DNA from: Laetmonice hystrix
Lineage: Eukaryota
Direction of reading: 5' to 3'
Assembly: GCA_965235115.1 (NCBI GenBank)
Contig: OZ249436.1
Coordinates: forward strand, 10,852,001 to 10,912,000
DNA length: 60,000 nucleotides
In this document: positions 1 to 21,706 of the stretch, piece after piece
How the letters are laid out: each line of letters begins with the position of its first letter
How positions within the stretch are numbered: position 1 is the first letter of the stretch
The notes under the pieces: model-generated
Databases searched by the model: none
What the model saw: only the letters and a program-made list of their open reading frames with translations
What the model was told of the DNA's origin: nothing
Made by a program: the position numbers and the translations under genes

Positions 1-246
1 GTCAGGTCACACCCATCCACTGTGTGGACACGGTCAGGTCACACCCATCCATTGTGTGGACACGGTCAGGTCACACCCATCCATTGTGTGGACACGGTCA
101 GGTCACACCCATCCACTGTGTGGACACGGTCAGGTCACACCCATCCATTGTGTGGACACGGTCAGGTCACACCCATCCACTGTGTGGACACGGTCAGGTC
201 ACACCCATCCACTGTGTGGACACGGTCAGGTCACACCCATCCACTG
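1..246. repeat. 32-bp minisatellite (GTCAGGTCACACCCATCCAYTGTGTGGACACG), ~7.7 copies, cut by the window start
   Basis: Near-perfect tandem units differing only at ACT/ATT. Explains the repetitive ORFs 22..315, 24..407 and 56..286. Confidence 0.97.
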
Positions 247-1116
247 CAGAGAAATTTCGGGCAAATCAACCCCGCTGCCCCCTTAACCAAAGAGTTCCCA
301 TCCGCCCATGTTTGAAACCAGCTGATTTGAGTATTTATAAGCGGAGCCGATTAATAAGAATGGTTATAAATAGGCAATTATATCATATAAAACGCATAAT
401 GACATAATCCGAACTGAAAGGTTATGGAGGTGACGCTAACCAAGCGCCTCCTGCCATGAAACCATAGAAACTCTATGTCATGACGCCAGTAAATCAATCA
501 CCCGGTGAGGTCACGTCACTGCTACATAAAGACCGAGCCCGTCTGTTGACAAGACCTGCGGTCAGCCGACACACTTCGGCTTGTTCTGGTGGCACTTGGC
601 AAAGTTTGACTGACGGAAGGCATTCTGTCGGTATTTGTGGTAGTAATCAGACCAACAATAATAGTTGGCAAACACCGTACACGCTAAACGCCATGCTTCC
701 TTCACATATCACTGTACTGAGTCTAACAGCTGCAAGTCTTGGCATCTCAACAGCCATCGATTCACGGTCGTGCCCAAAGGAAGTGTCTCAAAGGATATAG
801 AGACCTTGGTAAATCAATGGCAATCTGTCTATCCACGTACCGTACTATTACAGATAAACTTTCTAGCTTTGATTTGAATATACCTGAATACCTCAAATGT
901 ACAGTGAGACGGGATAATGCTTCCGTGAATTCATGCTTGACTTGTGATATACATGTAATCTCAATGTATATCCAACAGGAAAATATTTGGTCTTGTGTGT
1001 GTGTGGGGGGGGGGGGGGGTCTGAGTCAAGTGTCAAGATCCTTCATGATAGAGCCTCTCTGTCTAACTTACTTTTCTTTTAAGGTTGTGGTTTTCATTTT
1101 AGGATATCCTTGTTGA

Positions 1117-8935
<7,819 letters not shown>

Positions 8936-9207
8936 CAAATCACACCTCCTCATCCACCACCATCTCCCACAACAACATCCAAACATTCAATCAATCAGTC
9001 TGTCCTAGACCATTTAGTAATTCAACGTCTGAGCGCCTGCCTTCTGCATGCCAGCATCTGCCTGCACATCTCAACGTGTGCCTTGAGCGAGCCAGCAACT
9101 GCCTTGACGTTGGAGAGTGAATGGATCTTGTCTGAACCAATATGACACAAAGTGGAAGAAACAAGTGTGATATGCCACTGTTGCCTAACATTTATACCTG
9201 TTCTAGT

Positions 9208-9337
9208 GACCCGTGTATGTGAACTCCCTGTTATATTGACCCGTGCCTGGGTGTGGATGCTACCGGTACTGTATGTGAACTCCCTATTATATTGACCCGT
9301 GCCTGGGTGTGGATGCTACCGGTACTGTATGTGAACT
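9208..9337. repeat. ~56-bp tandem duplication in SH2D4 3' UTR
   Basis: TATGTGAACTCCCT(G/A)TTATATTGACCCGTGCCTGGGTGTGGATGCTACCGGTACTG occurs twice, plus partial units. Confidence 0.9.
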
Positions 9338-12300
9338 ATGATGATTACATGTACCGTAGATGATGGTTCACATGGCTGCAACCAATAATGAGACAAGGGA
9401 CTTGAACCATAACCAAGTAGCCTACATGGTAACACCTGTATATAAGATACTGTGATAATCATGACAGTCATAGCACTGGATCAAGGAACCGTATCAAGGA
9501 CTGATAGAATGTGACTGGATTTACTAGAAATATCTAAAAGTGTTCCAAGGATGTGAGGGTCATGTAATTTGTTGAAGAAAGTGTGCTGGTACGGAACAGT
9601 CATCAGTTTGACACTTTTTGATGATAGAAATGTGGTGCTTACTTTAAATTCATCAGCCCCGTCATATTGAGACATATGCCAATTTGTTACCGATTATTAC
9701 CTCGATAAAACCAGGTATTAATACATGCAAATACATGATATAAAACCTAATAGTGCAATGTGTGTCTACTATTTTATATCCATTTCTATCTACCTTCTAG
9801 TTTATTACTGTTTATTGACAGGAGTGTTTAGTTTTCTGTCTCAAGGGTAAATTAAAAATTAATTAATAAATAATATTAAGTTGTAGCTAACATTATCATT
9901 GCTTGGAAAATAACGGCTAGCTAATAGTGCTCGGAGATAACAACTCACCATAAACTAAGTTTTTCACAAGATTCGAGCAAGCTGCATTACACTCAAATTT
10001 TATGTTAAAAAATCTTACCGGTACTAGTGAAACTATAATGCACAAAGGATGCGTGGAGCGTTTTTCAATTGTAGAATATAACTTTAGGATGTATGCAAGA
10101 TTGACACACTTTAACTTCCTGTTAAAGTTTATGCATTCTGGTGAAGCAGCTTTAAGACATTGAAAAGAGAAAACCTCGTTTTAACAAAACTGAAATAGAA
10201 AATGGAAAGTGACATCTTGCCATTTTAACTGCGGTTAATCCAGAACTGTAATGAACCTTGGTTGCATACATTAGGTATTTAGCCGACTTCGTCTGTCATA
10301 TCTTGTGGCTTGGAACTGGCACAGAATTCTACAAGTGCTAAAGAGACGTAACGGGTAACCGTTTTAATTAAGTGTTCCTAGTATCACAACATAACAAACA
10401 GCGGGTACCCCGGTAAGCCTATGCTGATGATATCAAGAAATTCTCTCAGAGACATTTACTTATAAAATCGGAATGCGATCAGGACAGACTTTCCTTCTCA
10501 TATATGTAAATATAAATAGAGTAGATGTTGTAAAGAAAAGGTGCTGGAGTACTCGAGTCTTGTATGCGTGAATAATTAACGGAAGTACGTATTAAGGTGC
10601 TTTTTTCTATGGTAATAGATGACAAGTTGAATGAATGCAGTATTATATGTGATTATTTGGTCTCTTTCGCATGTGGCGGACTGTTGAAAACTGCTATTAA
10701 ATGGATTTCCCAGCCCCAACTTCTTTGACAAAACATGACAAGACTGGTGCTTCTAATACTGTAATTGTAAATCTATAGTGTGGTATTGATATGGTTCAAA
10801 CCTGATGCTGCTGGAGTAAATGAGCAAGAGAACCAATAAAGCTGTATGGTAATGATGTATTAGTTCCACCGGAGGATTTACAGTGTCACAATGGTTTCAG
10901 ATTAGTATTTGGAGGCCTGAAGAACATATCGTTCCTAACACCACGTACGCGTCATGAGTAATATGTCATAACTGGTAGGACAGTCATGTTCCATATTTAG
11001 CAGCAGGAAAGATTGAAGATGGTTGTGTTGCCATGCCGTCATGTGTAAGGTTCGTGCCATTATATTGTATTGCTGGTGGTTCAGCAGTTTAAGGAAACTA
11101 AGTGACAATGTTCAAAACTAGAATCCCTGCAGCGCCCGACTTTATGTAAGAAGAAAATCCATGAAGTCGCGTATTATTTGCCATTTAATTGTCCTGCGTT
11201 ATCTGAACCATCCTATGAAAGAATGTTGCATGCGAGTACAGGTAATAGATTTCCTATACCTTCCAATACCGTTGAGAATTAAACATGTAGGTAGAGGCCT
11301 ATTATAGCAAGACTAATCAGAGTATTATTCCAATTGCATGATTGCTTTTGTAAGCCGTTCAGTAGAAGAAACTACTTTTTGTTACAAGCAAGATTTTAGA
11401 AACCACTTGTTAACCATTTGACTAATCCACTATTAAATGATGTTACCAGTGAGTTTCATTCCTAAGGTACTATAATAATATCCTTACTTGTTTACATTTT
11501 TAAAAACCTACTGCACAAGATTCTAGTCAGACCTATCATACTTAGTGGTGCCTATTATACTTTTGTACAAACTTTAATAGATGTACTTACAGAAGTAGAG
11601 AAGTACCAAACATTGTCCAAGAGAAGGCTTACACCAAAGTGTCATGGAATGGAACAAGATTTCAATAAATACGTATTATTCATGCCAATCGCTTTTCCTC
11701 AATTGTAAACATTTAAAGTTTGAAGGGGAATTCTCGGAATTAATTGAGTAGAACGTCAACGATTGATAGGCCTGAAGTGGCCCAAGTGCTGCCTTTAGAT
11801 TACAAAATTTTATTTATTTCACACATTATTTTCTTCGGGCATGGCCAGGGAGAATTTATTTATTTCACCAATTTTCCACCCGAAATTATTTATTTCCAAA
11901 AACACCCACGCCCCCTCCCCCTAAATATCTAATGGTCGCCCCCTAAGGAAAGATGTGGCAAGGTAATATTGGAATCCGCTATTATACCATAACTACAGAA
12001 CAAGATCAACTCGTTTTGGCATTGTAAATCATTTATTCACATAACTGTGAAAAAGTTTATATTTGTAAATTATCACAGACACACTCAATGTGAAAAGGTA
12101 CATCACTCAAGTACTGGTACCATTGATCTGATTTCAAATTGATTACATAAGCTGACCAGTGCAACCTTATCAAACACCAAGACATGTAGCGGATTGTGAA
12201 AATTCAAGAATATCTCGCACGTCGTGGCCGACATAGTGATCCAAAAATACTGCTTTCAAATGTGAAACCTTTTTTAAAAAAACCTTGGACACTTCAGTTC

Positions 12301-12934
12301 CTTTTATTGCACACATTTCAAACTATAAATCAATCCTACACGTTTCAATTGTACACAAACGTTTTCTGGATACCACACTTTTTTACACACTAGAGTGCAG
12401 AGTCGGTCTATTTAATTAAAACAATGAGTACTGCAAGCTATCAGGAATGGTGTAGCTTAAATCGGCTATCAATCGGATACAATATATATTTAAATATTAT
12501 ACAAATGTCAAGAAGAACACCAGGTAAATCTTAGAATGTCAAAACGGTTACTCAAGAAATGTTACTAAAATACTGTTTTCGGTAACTACAAATAAGTATA
12601 ATATACATGTGCCAGAATGCAGGCTAGATACAAATATTAGATAAAATAGGTGATGTGCTCGCCACTCTAAACTCTCCAGCAAAATTTAATACAATAATAC
12701 TGCGTTGTAAGAGAGGCAGTATGGACATAACCAACGTTAACACATGGAGACAAATACAAAAGTCCGTATACAGGGTACCGGTACTTAAATTACTGGGAAT
12801 ACATTTTGAAATCTTTCACACAAGTTTTTCCCTTATTCTTGGCAAAAGCAAAAGCCCAAACAATGTGAAACCATTAGTCCTGACGGTATATCTACATGCA
12901 ATGTGGCTGAGAGAACAATACAGTGTTGAGTCTA

Positions 12935-13299
12935 CAAGAGATGCCAACCTAGGATGAAAATTCCTAATGATTTCCACGTCTGAGAAAGAAAATTCCTAAC
13001 GATATTAATTCCTAAGGAGGGGAATTCCATTTGCCAAGAAAGAAGCCCTAATACACACTGTTACTGTTTTGCTGTCTCAATAATAAGTCGGCAACTAAAT
13101 TGAGTTACAATAAATCTATGAAATTTGGTGACTTTTGACAGATATGTTCACATTTCATCTAAAACAAGTTTTCAGTCTGCTATTATATCAGGGCTTTGAC
13201 TTGCAAAAATCGTAATTTTGGTTCCAATTATCCTAATGGCATAATGATGACCACAAAAGCGTAATCATTACGCCAAATTCCTAATGGTTGGCATCTCTG
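12935..13299. mobile_element. Non-autonomous hAT-like MITE with 5-bp TSD
   Basis: TIRs C(A)AGAGATGCCAACC / GGTTGGCATCTCTG, flanked by GTCTA on both sides; internal TTCCTAA repeats. Confidence 0.7.
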
Positions 13300-13569
13300 G
13301 TCTAACCTTGACAGGTCTTCATGTGACAGGATCAGATTGAAGTATCTTTCACCGTTCACGGCTTATGTCATGGTCCAAAGAGAACATACAATCTATATTA
13401 ACCACGAGTGACTATAAAACACAGATAAAATGTGTATTGGCATTAAATGGAAACAACAGCGTTCAGATAAAAATGACAAGGTAGCGTTTCTCTAGTGCAG
13501 GAATACAAAGGCCAGATTTCAATACTTTTTTTCAGTTCTGAGTCAAGTTTGATCATAAAGGACAGGTCA

Positions 13570-16500
13570 TCAATATTTTGGCTCAAGTATGCCACAATTG
13601 TAGTGTTCCTTAAATGCTGTTATTGGGCCCATGTAAAGATTATGGTCACGCAGTACCTTCTCTTCATGTTTCAAATGTCGTTGGATATGATTCCATGTCA
13701 TTGGGCGGGTAGGACCTTCTCGGGAGTGATCATACTGGGCCCGATCATAGGCTCGACCATGCGCGTTATGTATCCTGGTAACCGAGAAAACGTTACCTGT
13801 TCAGTACAACTATTACACATATGAAAATAGAAGTCATAAACAAATACTTTCAAAATTACAGTTACCATGTGCATTGAAAGTTATTGTTGATACCAATAGT
13901 AATTTCCTGTACCGGTAATCCAGTTATTCTGGCAGGCATCAGAGAACATTAACTACCTGCGGTATTGTTTTTCCATGCACAAAGATTATAAAATACCGAA
14001 ACAAAAGTAGCAAGGAAATGACATTTAATGTATCATTCATTGTTTCAAACAATGAACAACCACTTTGTCTCAAAATTTTAATACCAGTAACCTAAACTTG
14101 AAGCTACACTGCCTACTCTGCAAAGTGGTCCACATTGCAGCTCATATGTCCCCCACAAATGTTTGAAAACAGAGACTAAATTTAACCATTGCATTCATCT
14201 TTTTACCTTTATGATGGAACAATTCTTCATACCCCTTCTTTGATAGTTATTACTGCATAGGAGTCTTAGTTTATGTTTAAGTCTAAACCACAAGTAAGAT
14301 TATTTTTCCTACAAAACTGGAAAAAGTATGTCTTGTATCAGTATTTTAATGAAAGCTTTACAAAATTAGGTGTGACTAGACTTTGAAATGTTGTCGCCGT
14401 TTTGGCAGATCTCCCGGGTGGGTTTGGAAATTGTATACAGGAGGGTGCATGAGTTGTTGGACATGGTCAGGAAAGGAGTTATCAACACGTCGGTGCTTGA
14501 TGGGGTGGTCGTATCGGACGTTAGCAACAGGCCTGAAACATGGAGAACTCCAACTAAACCTACAGGCAACAAGCAGAAAAGCATGTAGTATAATTATTTC
14601 ACGTGTACCGAGATTGGCATCGAAAGTTCAGTAGGCCAGTAAGTTCAGTGCCAACTTATTAACAGGATAAGATGAATGAAGCAAACTGAAACAATTACCA
14701 GACCTTACACCAACTTTGGTATTAGTATGGCAGGTTCTACGCGTACCCATTGTTTGGTGGCCTCTTTGCGATACCAAGGATGGCGATACTGCCAAAACAC
14801 AAAGTTGCCGATTGCTTGTGGTGGACTGCCCCCATGAGGGCAAGCTACTATCAAGCATAGTTAACTGTGAAAGCCCTAGCCAAAGCTGAGTGGTGATTAA
14901 ATTAACATTTTGAAACATGTCGCCAAATGCTGTGGCAAAGCTGTGGCTAACACATCATGTGACATGGCTCATTGACTGGGTGCCGATGGTAGACACACAG
15001 TGCTGACACCTGGCGGAGATCACAAGAAATACTTGATTGACAGTTTAGCCAAAGTATTTCACAGTCCCAAGTTTGTAAGCTTGTCCACTGCACTTGGTTA
15101 CAATAATACAGTTATTAAAATAAACATTGCATTATCGAGTCAAGATATTACCGTACTCTAGGTTTTTTTTCATTAAAATAAATCTTTCTAAGCATATCTT
15201 TATACATCAGAAGGTTTTGTATCCAGAAGAACCACCCTGTTAAACTGGCCATTAACTCTCTTGTGTGCTTCATATTTTGATTCACTTGTATTTTTCCTCC
15301 TGTTGTTCCTCTGTTCATCACAAGTGTAATCACTATTATCAGTTCCTGGATACACAATTGCATACATTCTATCTACATGTGGTGTGTGGTCTTCTCGACC
15401 TCGATATCGATTTTTGAAGCCTTCCTCGTTCAGTCGAAACATTTCCAGTTTTTCCCTGCAAGGCCAGAAAGAATCATTTCTAACAGTTACCATATCTAAC
15501 TGGGTCCTTTTCCCCCCAATTATCTTATGACATTATGTTATAATATCTGAACCTACTGGCATTCTAGTTTTCCTCTCTACATTATGTGTTGTTATAACAT
15601 ACTGGTAAATTTTACATTTCCATGACTCAACATCACACAGACAAAATAATCAAAACTTTCTATGTGCAATTTTAGTTGCGTAAGAGGAATGGGGAGGGCT
15701 TAGACATGAAAGACAGACTGTGAGAAAGAAATGATGAATTTGTGGAACAAGATTTCAAGTCATCAGTGACGGTCTGCCACCATATGAGCCATGCCTATTG
15801 GTCATAAGACTGCAGAATTTGCAGTTCCACAGACAGTATGATCTCATGCAAACTTGTGTTTATGAATATGAGAATACAGAATATATTAAATTACAGATAG
15901 CTTTGCACAAAAAGAATCCTCAGGTTTTTTAACAATCAACCACTTAACAAAAATACACCTATACAGAATTGAAAAGACAGCACTTTTGGTAAAATGTGTT
16001 ACAAATTACAATTAATGGAGAACATGATTTATGCAAAGATATCTGGAAAATATATCATACACAACACAAATACATATAGGTAAAATATTTGAATGGGTCA
16101 TGACATCAAAAGCGTTAAGGTTAAAGACCGATCTACTATTTCATGCTCAGCATACCCCCCGGTATGCCATATGTGCCAACAAATTCATTGTACAATGAGA
16201 ATGGTGTGGATCTATGCTATACCACAGTAATCAAAATGTACGACTGATCAACTGCAAGCAATATGTAAACTTACATACGGGCAAGACAACATTAAATTGT
16301 CATAGTTATACCTGCCTATACTTCCACGGAATTGCTCAATCGTCATCTAAGAACTGGGGCGATGTGTCAAAAAGGTCACTGATATGGGTAGTTTTAATAT
16401 CATTGAAAACTGCATCTCTGAGTTGATCTGCACCAGGAAAATCAAAAGCTGGGGAAAGAGGAGGAACAGTGCCCTCAAGGACAGCGATGGGAGGAGTTTT

Positions 16501-18636
16501 GGTTCGCGAGAATGCCACCTGGTGGCCTACTGGCGAGTCAACTTCAACCCGGTCCTGATTTGGAAGAATGGGAGGAGAGGCAGAGGCCCTTGAGAGAGCA
16601 TTAGGATCGCCAAAGCTGGAACGACACACAAGAGAATTAAAAATTTTTTTTAGATTATTTCTATTATTATTAGTCATATTACACACATAAATTAGGAGAT
16701 TAAATTATCAAATTAGAAATACTTGTAAGACAAGCATATTAATTAAGCTATTAGATTTAGGAATCGTTCTGTCCCAGGGCTCAGTTTTAGTCAATTACAT
16801 TTCTTCACACAGATTTAAAATTCCCTTATCAAGACATTTTACGTAACAGCTTTTCAAGGGCTCTGAATTCATAAGGACCTTTAAGAAGCCATCATTTTGA
16901 GAGCTTTTCAAGGACCCGATAAACATGATATTGTAGTTACCATTATACAGCTAAAGTTTAAAAACATTTTTAGGTTTAGCTTGTGACAAAGCTTTTCACA
17001 CATCCTGATTTGCTGTTCTTAAAACCAGGCCTGGTGCAAAAATGCAGGCCAGTAAAAAACAGCTTGCCTCAGGCCTTGCTGTTTGACGGGCGCTTGCGCC
17101 CCTAAGCACCCGCAAAATCTGTTTTAGAAGCGCTATTTATCGCGCCCCTCAACTTCACTGACTGATGTGAATTTATTTGTTCCTCAGCCATGTCTGAGGC
17201 AACCTCAAAAACGCTCTCTGTCTCCCCCTTGTCCCCCAGTCATTAATGAGTCAATCATTTCCTAGACGGCTCCCAGGACCTCTTTAGCCTATGCCAAACC
17301 TTATAAACTACCCTGAGTTTACCTGGAAATACCCAAACGTGGGACAGGAACGATTTCTAGGGGAGTGATTTAGCTCTCCTCGGATAACTAAGGAGAGTGA
17401 TGGATCGCTCCCGTAAAGATTTCAAACGGCAAGCACTGTTGCCTATAGGCTAGATCAATGTTTTGTGGCCTAGGCCAGCCGTTTTTTTTAAAATGATCTT
17501 TCTAATCCAATTCCTCTAACCAATTCCCAGAGTAAGTATCCATGTAAGGGTCATCTGAGATGGACCTATAGGCTGGTCATATGAAGATAGTGGGCTATCT
17601 CTCAGAAACATGAAAAAGAATGAATTAAAGGCACGAAAGAAAAAACTTTTAATATGGACTCGCTCGCATTAAAACATTTAAGGCCTGTAACTAGTGTAAA
17701 ATGTGGCCCTTTTAACTTGTGACTTCACCAGAAATATCCCTCCTTATCCAGGCCTCAAATTAGAAGTTGAAAGGGGCACGGCAAAAACTGCCATCGATAC
17801 ATAAGAATCAACGTAAGATTTTTCCAGGGCACAGCGGGAAATTTACGATAGATGGAAAAGGCACGACAGCAAATGCTGTCGATGCCGTCGTGTAATTCAA
17901 GGCCTGCTTATCTATAGATTGGGTAATTCTAATCATGGGCTTGTCAACTTACCTTTTTTGTTCAGCAGCTAATGCAAATGTATCACTCATCTGCTCTTTT
18001 GTGCGCGCAGCATCACGGATGGCAGCCATGTTTGGTCCTTCATCATACATTGCACTCTCTACATCCTGAAAATACATTAAAATGAAGGTAGTGATTATTC
18101 TGCCGGCATATGAATTATGATACATCACATCAGGAGTGGCCGATTTTTTAAATTAATCACTTGCCACAGGACAAGTGGACTACAAAATTCCACTTGCCCC
18201 GCTCTGTAGGCCTAAAATATATGATAAATATGATCATTTAGACATTAATTTAGAGATTCTAGTTGGATGATAAAAATAACATCGTCATCGTCCAGAATTT
18301 AGGGGGGGGGCTGGGGCTGGAGCCCCCTTAGCCCCCCCCCCCCCCCCGGATCCGCCCAGCTCACCTAGCTCTGTGACTGTGGCTAGCCTAGAGAGATGGA
18401 GATTCCGTCTAGAGCTCACCCTGCTTGTAGTAAAATGGGCCCCCCTGCCGTGGTGGCTTGTTTATAAATTTCTGTCCGAGACTGGGCGATCGTCCTGGCC
18501 CTGGATTTTGGGAAAGCCAGGCTAAAAATTCTGTGTAACTTACGCGTTGTTGGTGCAGTTTCTGTTGTGCATTATGTTTGCGTTCCAATATTCTCTGCTT
18601 ACGCAGGGCTTCATTGTGCATTGCTGCATCAGCCAT
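13570..18636 (-). CDS. Uncharacterised small protein (~165 aa in the longest model) with alternative terminal exons
   Basis: Exons (minus) 18636-18544 (MADAAMHNEALRKQRILERKHNAQQKLHQQR), 18065-17953 (DVESAMYDEGPNMAAIRDAARTKEQMSDTFALAAEQK), 15455-15366 (REKLEMFRLNEEGFKNRYRGREDHTPHVDR) and 13774-13570 (MIHNAHGRAYDRAQYDHSREGP...CGILEPKY*). Splice sites are canonical and phases consistent. Alternative last exons at 16615-16336 and 14559-14376. Minus-strand AATAAA near 12032-12037. No family recognised. Confidence 0.7.
17749..17906. mobile_element. Short MITE with CAGGCCT TIRs and 6-bp TSD
   Basis: CAGGCCTCAAATTA...TAATTCAAGGCCTG flanked by CTTATC on both sides. Confidence 0.75.
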
Positions 18637-18759
18637 GACGAGATGTATACCGTAGATGTTTTTGACAAAGGAATGGACGTTGGAAACAAATCTATCCGTT
18701 TTCAAGCACCTGCCGAGCCACTGCTTTCACGGCTTCACTGGTTGTCAAGGGTTACCTAT

Positions 18760-19353
18760 CAGGACGCATGCGTGGACCGAATGATGGTGGTTTTCCCGCG
18801 GTTTCTGCCCATCAAACCAGTGTCCATCTCAAGTAAAAGTGGATGATAATTTTGATTTCTCTACTTTAAAGGTAAGAATGTTAACTAATAATTCTTGACA
18901 ACATTCGATAAAAATAAAAATAAATCTTTGAGAGATATTATTATATGGTACATAAGCGACCATCAGGCATCTTGGCCACCTACATCATCGTTAAAAATAA
19001 TAGGAAACTTTCACAAGTTATATTGTGTATGGAATAAAAAATAAAATTTGAAATATTCATTATTAAAATATCTTTCAACCTTATCAAATCAACCGGTTAT
19101 CGTTCTGCTTTTATTTTAGTAAAAGGTAATCCCAAGGCCTCTATTTCTAAGGGGTTCACACATTTCACACAACGGACAGGTTCTCATGCGTCGACAGCGA
19201 CGAAAGTGGACCAATACTGCGCAACGTGCATGTGCGGTGCAGATTGCAGTCACAGAATTCGTTAGTCTTAACCCGCATTAGTCTGCACTAATTCATTTTT
19301 CTAATGTCTTTCTAGTGTCTGTCCAAGCCGGAGTCCACCTAGTTTATTTTGAG
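18760..19353. promoter_or_regulatory. Probable bidirectional promoter and non-coding first exon of G3BP
   Basis: Locally CpG-rich region between the minus-strand gene start (ATG 18636) and a strong donor TTGAG|GTAAGT at 19353. The next G3BP acceptor is at 21683, just before the ATG. Confidence 0.6.
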
Positions 19354-20465
19354 GTAAGTTATGACAAGTCTGTTTGCGTAAATAAGCTTGATTTTCTACT
19401 TTTCAGTCGAAGCATGGCCGGCTTTCGGCTGCGATTCATTTTAGCCCGAAGAAAGACCTTCCGGATTCATGGCCGTGTGCTCCACACGGATATCATATCT
19501 TTCTTTATTCCAATTTTGGAACCAGTCGGGCCAATTTTGTTCCAGGTGCTTCCTACCAGATGTTTTAAAAAGCCATCGGAACAGAAAGATCAGCCAAAGA
19601 TTTTGTTTCTGTTGCGATGGTGGAGGGCCTCCTCCACTCGGGAACGGGCATGTTCATTGTTGACGTTCCTGACCTGGTTCGGGTTTATCCGAACATCGAG
19701 AGTCGCCGCAAATTCAGACTCTACGCCGAGTGAAAGTACTACTAGATTCTAGGGCCTAGGCCTCTCTGGATGTATAAATTAGAATTGGCACCTAATCTTA
19801 TTACTCTTGTTGTGTTTGAGTTCAAAGTGAAGCTCAGACAAATATGAAAACGCCGATTGCCCGCATGCTACCCTTCCTCGGTTTCGGTTTTCTATAATCT
19901 CATTCATTTGGCTAGCCGCCCCACATGGCTCGAGACGGCGGTGTCTCGGTAACCTACTCGGTTTACGCGGTGTGCACGGAAGGGCCTACATCGGTCTCGC
20001 GAACGCTACGACGTAATTGATATATCTGTGCATCTTTGGCAAGAGAATGATGCACTATTTCGAGTAAAATCTATATTTTTTGTCATGGTTTTGGTTTAGA
20101 TAAGTGCATCCGGAACTGGCGGCAGTAGCCTGAGTGGTACCGCCTGAGTAGGCTCGTCCCTTATCATTTCCATTTCAATTGCCAACTTCTCGAACAGGCA
20201 CTATAAGTCTATATTGTGTAGATCTAAAATAGAAAGGTAACTTTGGAAAATAAATAAAACTGCAAAATAATGTGAGCACTTAAATGTCTTGATAAAGAAT
20301 ATGGAAATTTAAACGGTATTTGCCAGGTTTATCCAAGCTGACCAAAGCCAGTATAGAGAAACAAATCTTGGCGCAAGCTTAGACTTGATACTTTATAGCT
20401 GGCCTCCTCATATGGTAGGCTTCTGCTTGCTGAAAATTTTCTGTAGCCAGAATTGCTAAACATTA

Positions 20466-20885
20466 CAGGGCTCGAATTTTAAATTTTTTAAAACAAGGCA
20501 AGTGTTGCCTTGGGTCCAAGCCGAAATTTTAGGGCACCAAGGGAAGTTTTAGAGGCACCAAACTTGACCAAAGCATTCTATTGCTGTGGACATATAATCA
20601 GGGCACTACGGCGAGTCAGGGCATCCGCCAGAGGGGGGACGGGGGGGATTTATCCCCCCCATGATTGGGACATGAGGGGGATATCCCCCCCATAAATCTG
20701 CAGAGCAGTGTTTTTTTTAAGCTATTCTCGCTCTGAGAGGCCAGGAAAACGCATCTCCGGAGTTCATGAAAAAAAAATTTCTGGGGGAGGGTCCCCCCAT
20801 TAATTATTTTCTGGCGGAAACCCTGCGAGTGGGAAGGGCAACCATGGCACTTGCCGTCGGTGCCGTGGCTTTATTCGAGCCCCAG
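20466..20885. mobile_element. MITE (CAGGGCTCGAA TIR) containing a nested MITE at 20617-20825
   Basis: Outer TIRs CAGGGCTCGAAT / ATTCGAGCCC. Inner element CAGGGCATCCGCCAGA...TCTGGCGGAAACCCTG is flanked by the 5-bp duplication CGAGT. Confidence 0.75.
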
Positions 20886-21706
20886 GATTGCCAAGTCCGT
20901 TGCCACATCACAATTCTGTAGGTCTTCTTGTTGATATTTAATGAGCATCCAAATTTTTCACGATATTTTTGCGGGTTGCCATTGTGGCGAGAGAGCATAC
21001 TTTTTATCTTGAAATTGAATTCCATTGCAGGCCTGAGAATGAGGGAAATTTGCTTAACCCATTTTCCATTCACCTGAAAAGTGACAACATGATAACCCTT
21101 CGTTCCGGTTACCTGAAAATTTTCCTAGGGAACCTAAAGGTTACCTCATGGGTTACACAGAATTTTAATTTATAAACCATAATATTCACTTGTGTTCCAT
21201 GTTATATGTCCATATTGTATGTAGGGGCTCGTAACATTGTTTGTGGAATTAGGGTTTCTGATTATAGGCCTTTTTTATTTTGTGCTACTGTTTGCTACTG
21301 TATTCAGAATTCAACTGGCTAGATGTAGGCTCTGGCAGTGGCAAACGAACACTGGACTAAAGTGACTGCCAACTCACATTGTCCCAAGGGCCTGCCCCAT
21401 TCACCCCCACCCATTCTCCAGGCCTGAGATTAAGGGAAATTTGCGTAACCCATTTTTCGTTCACTTTTTTTTAAACTTTAGGTAACCAAAAGACGAACGA
21501 AACTCAGGCTTGGATTGTCACTTTACATTGTACATGTATTGTAGTTTTTGTCAAACTAAATAGAATCTTAATTGAGTAAAGCAAAAGGGAATTGGAAAAA
21601 GAAATACACTGGACAATGCTCTGTAGCAGGAACTGATTTTGAGATTGTTTACTAATTATGTAATGCTCATTTGTGAATTTCAGATTGCCCACAAGCTATC
21701 GCTGTC

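Noticed and set aside
22..407. Repetitive ORFs in three frames
   Set aside because: They are translations of the 32-bp minisatellite.
19315..19752. 145-aa ORF
   Set aside because: GTG start, crosses the G3BP exon-1 donor into intron 1, and has no recognisable domain.
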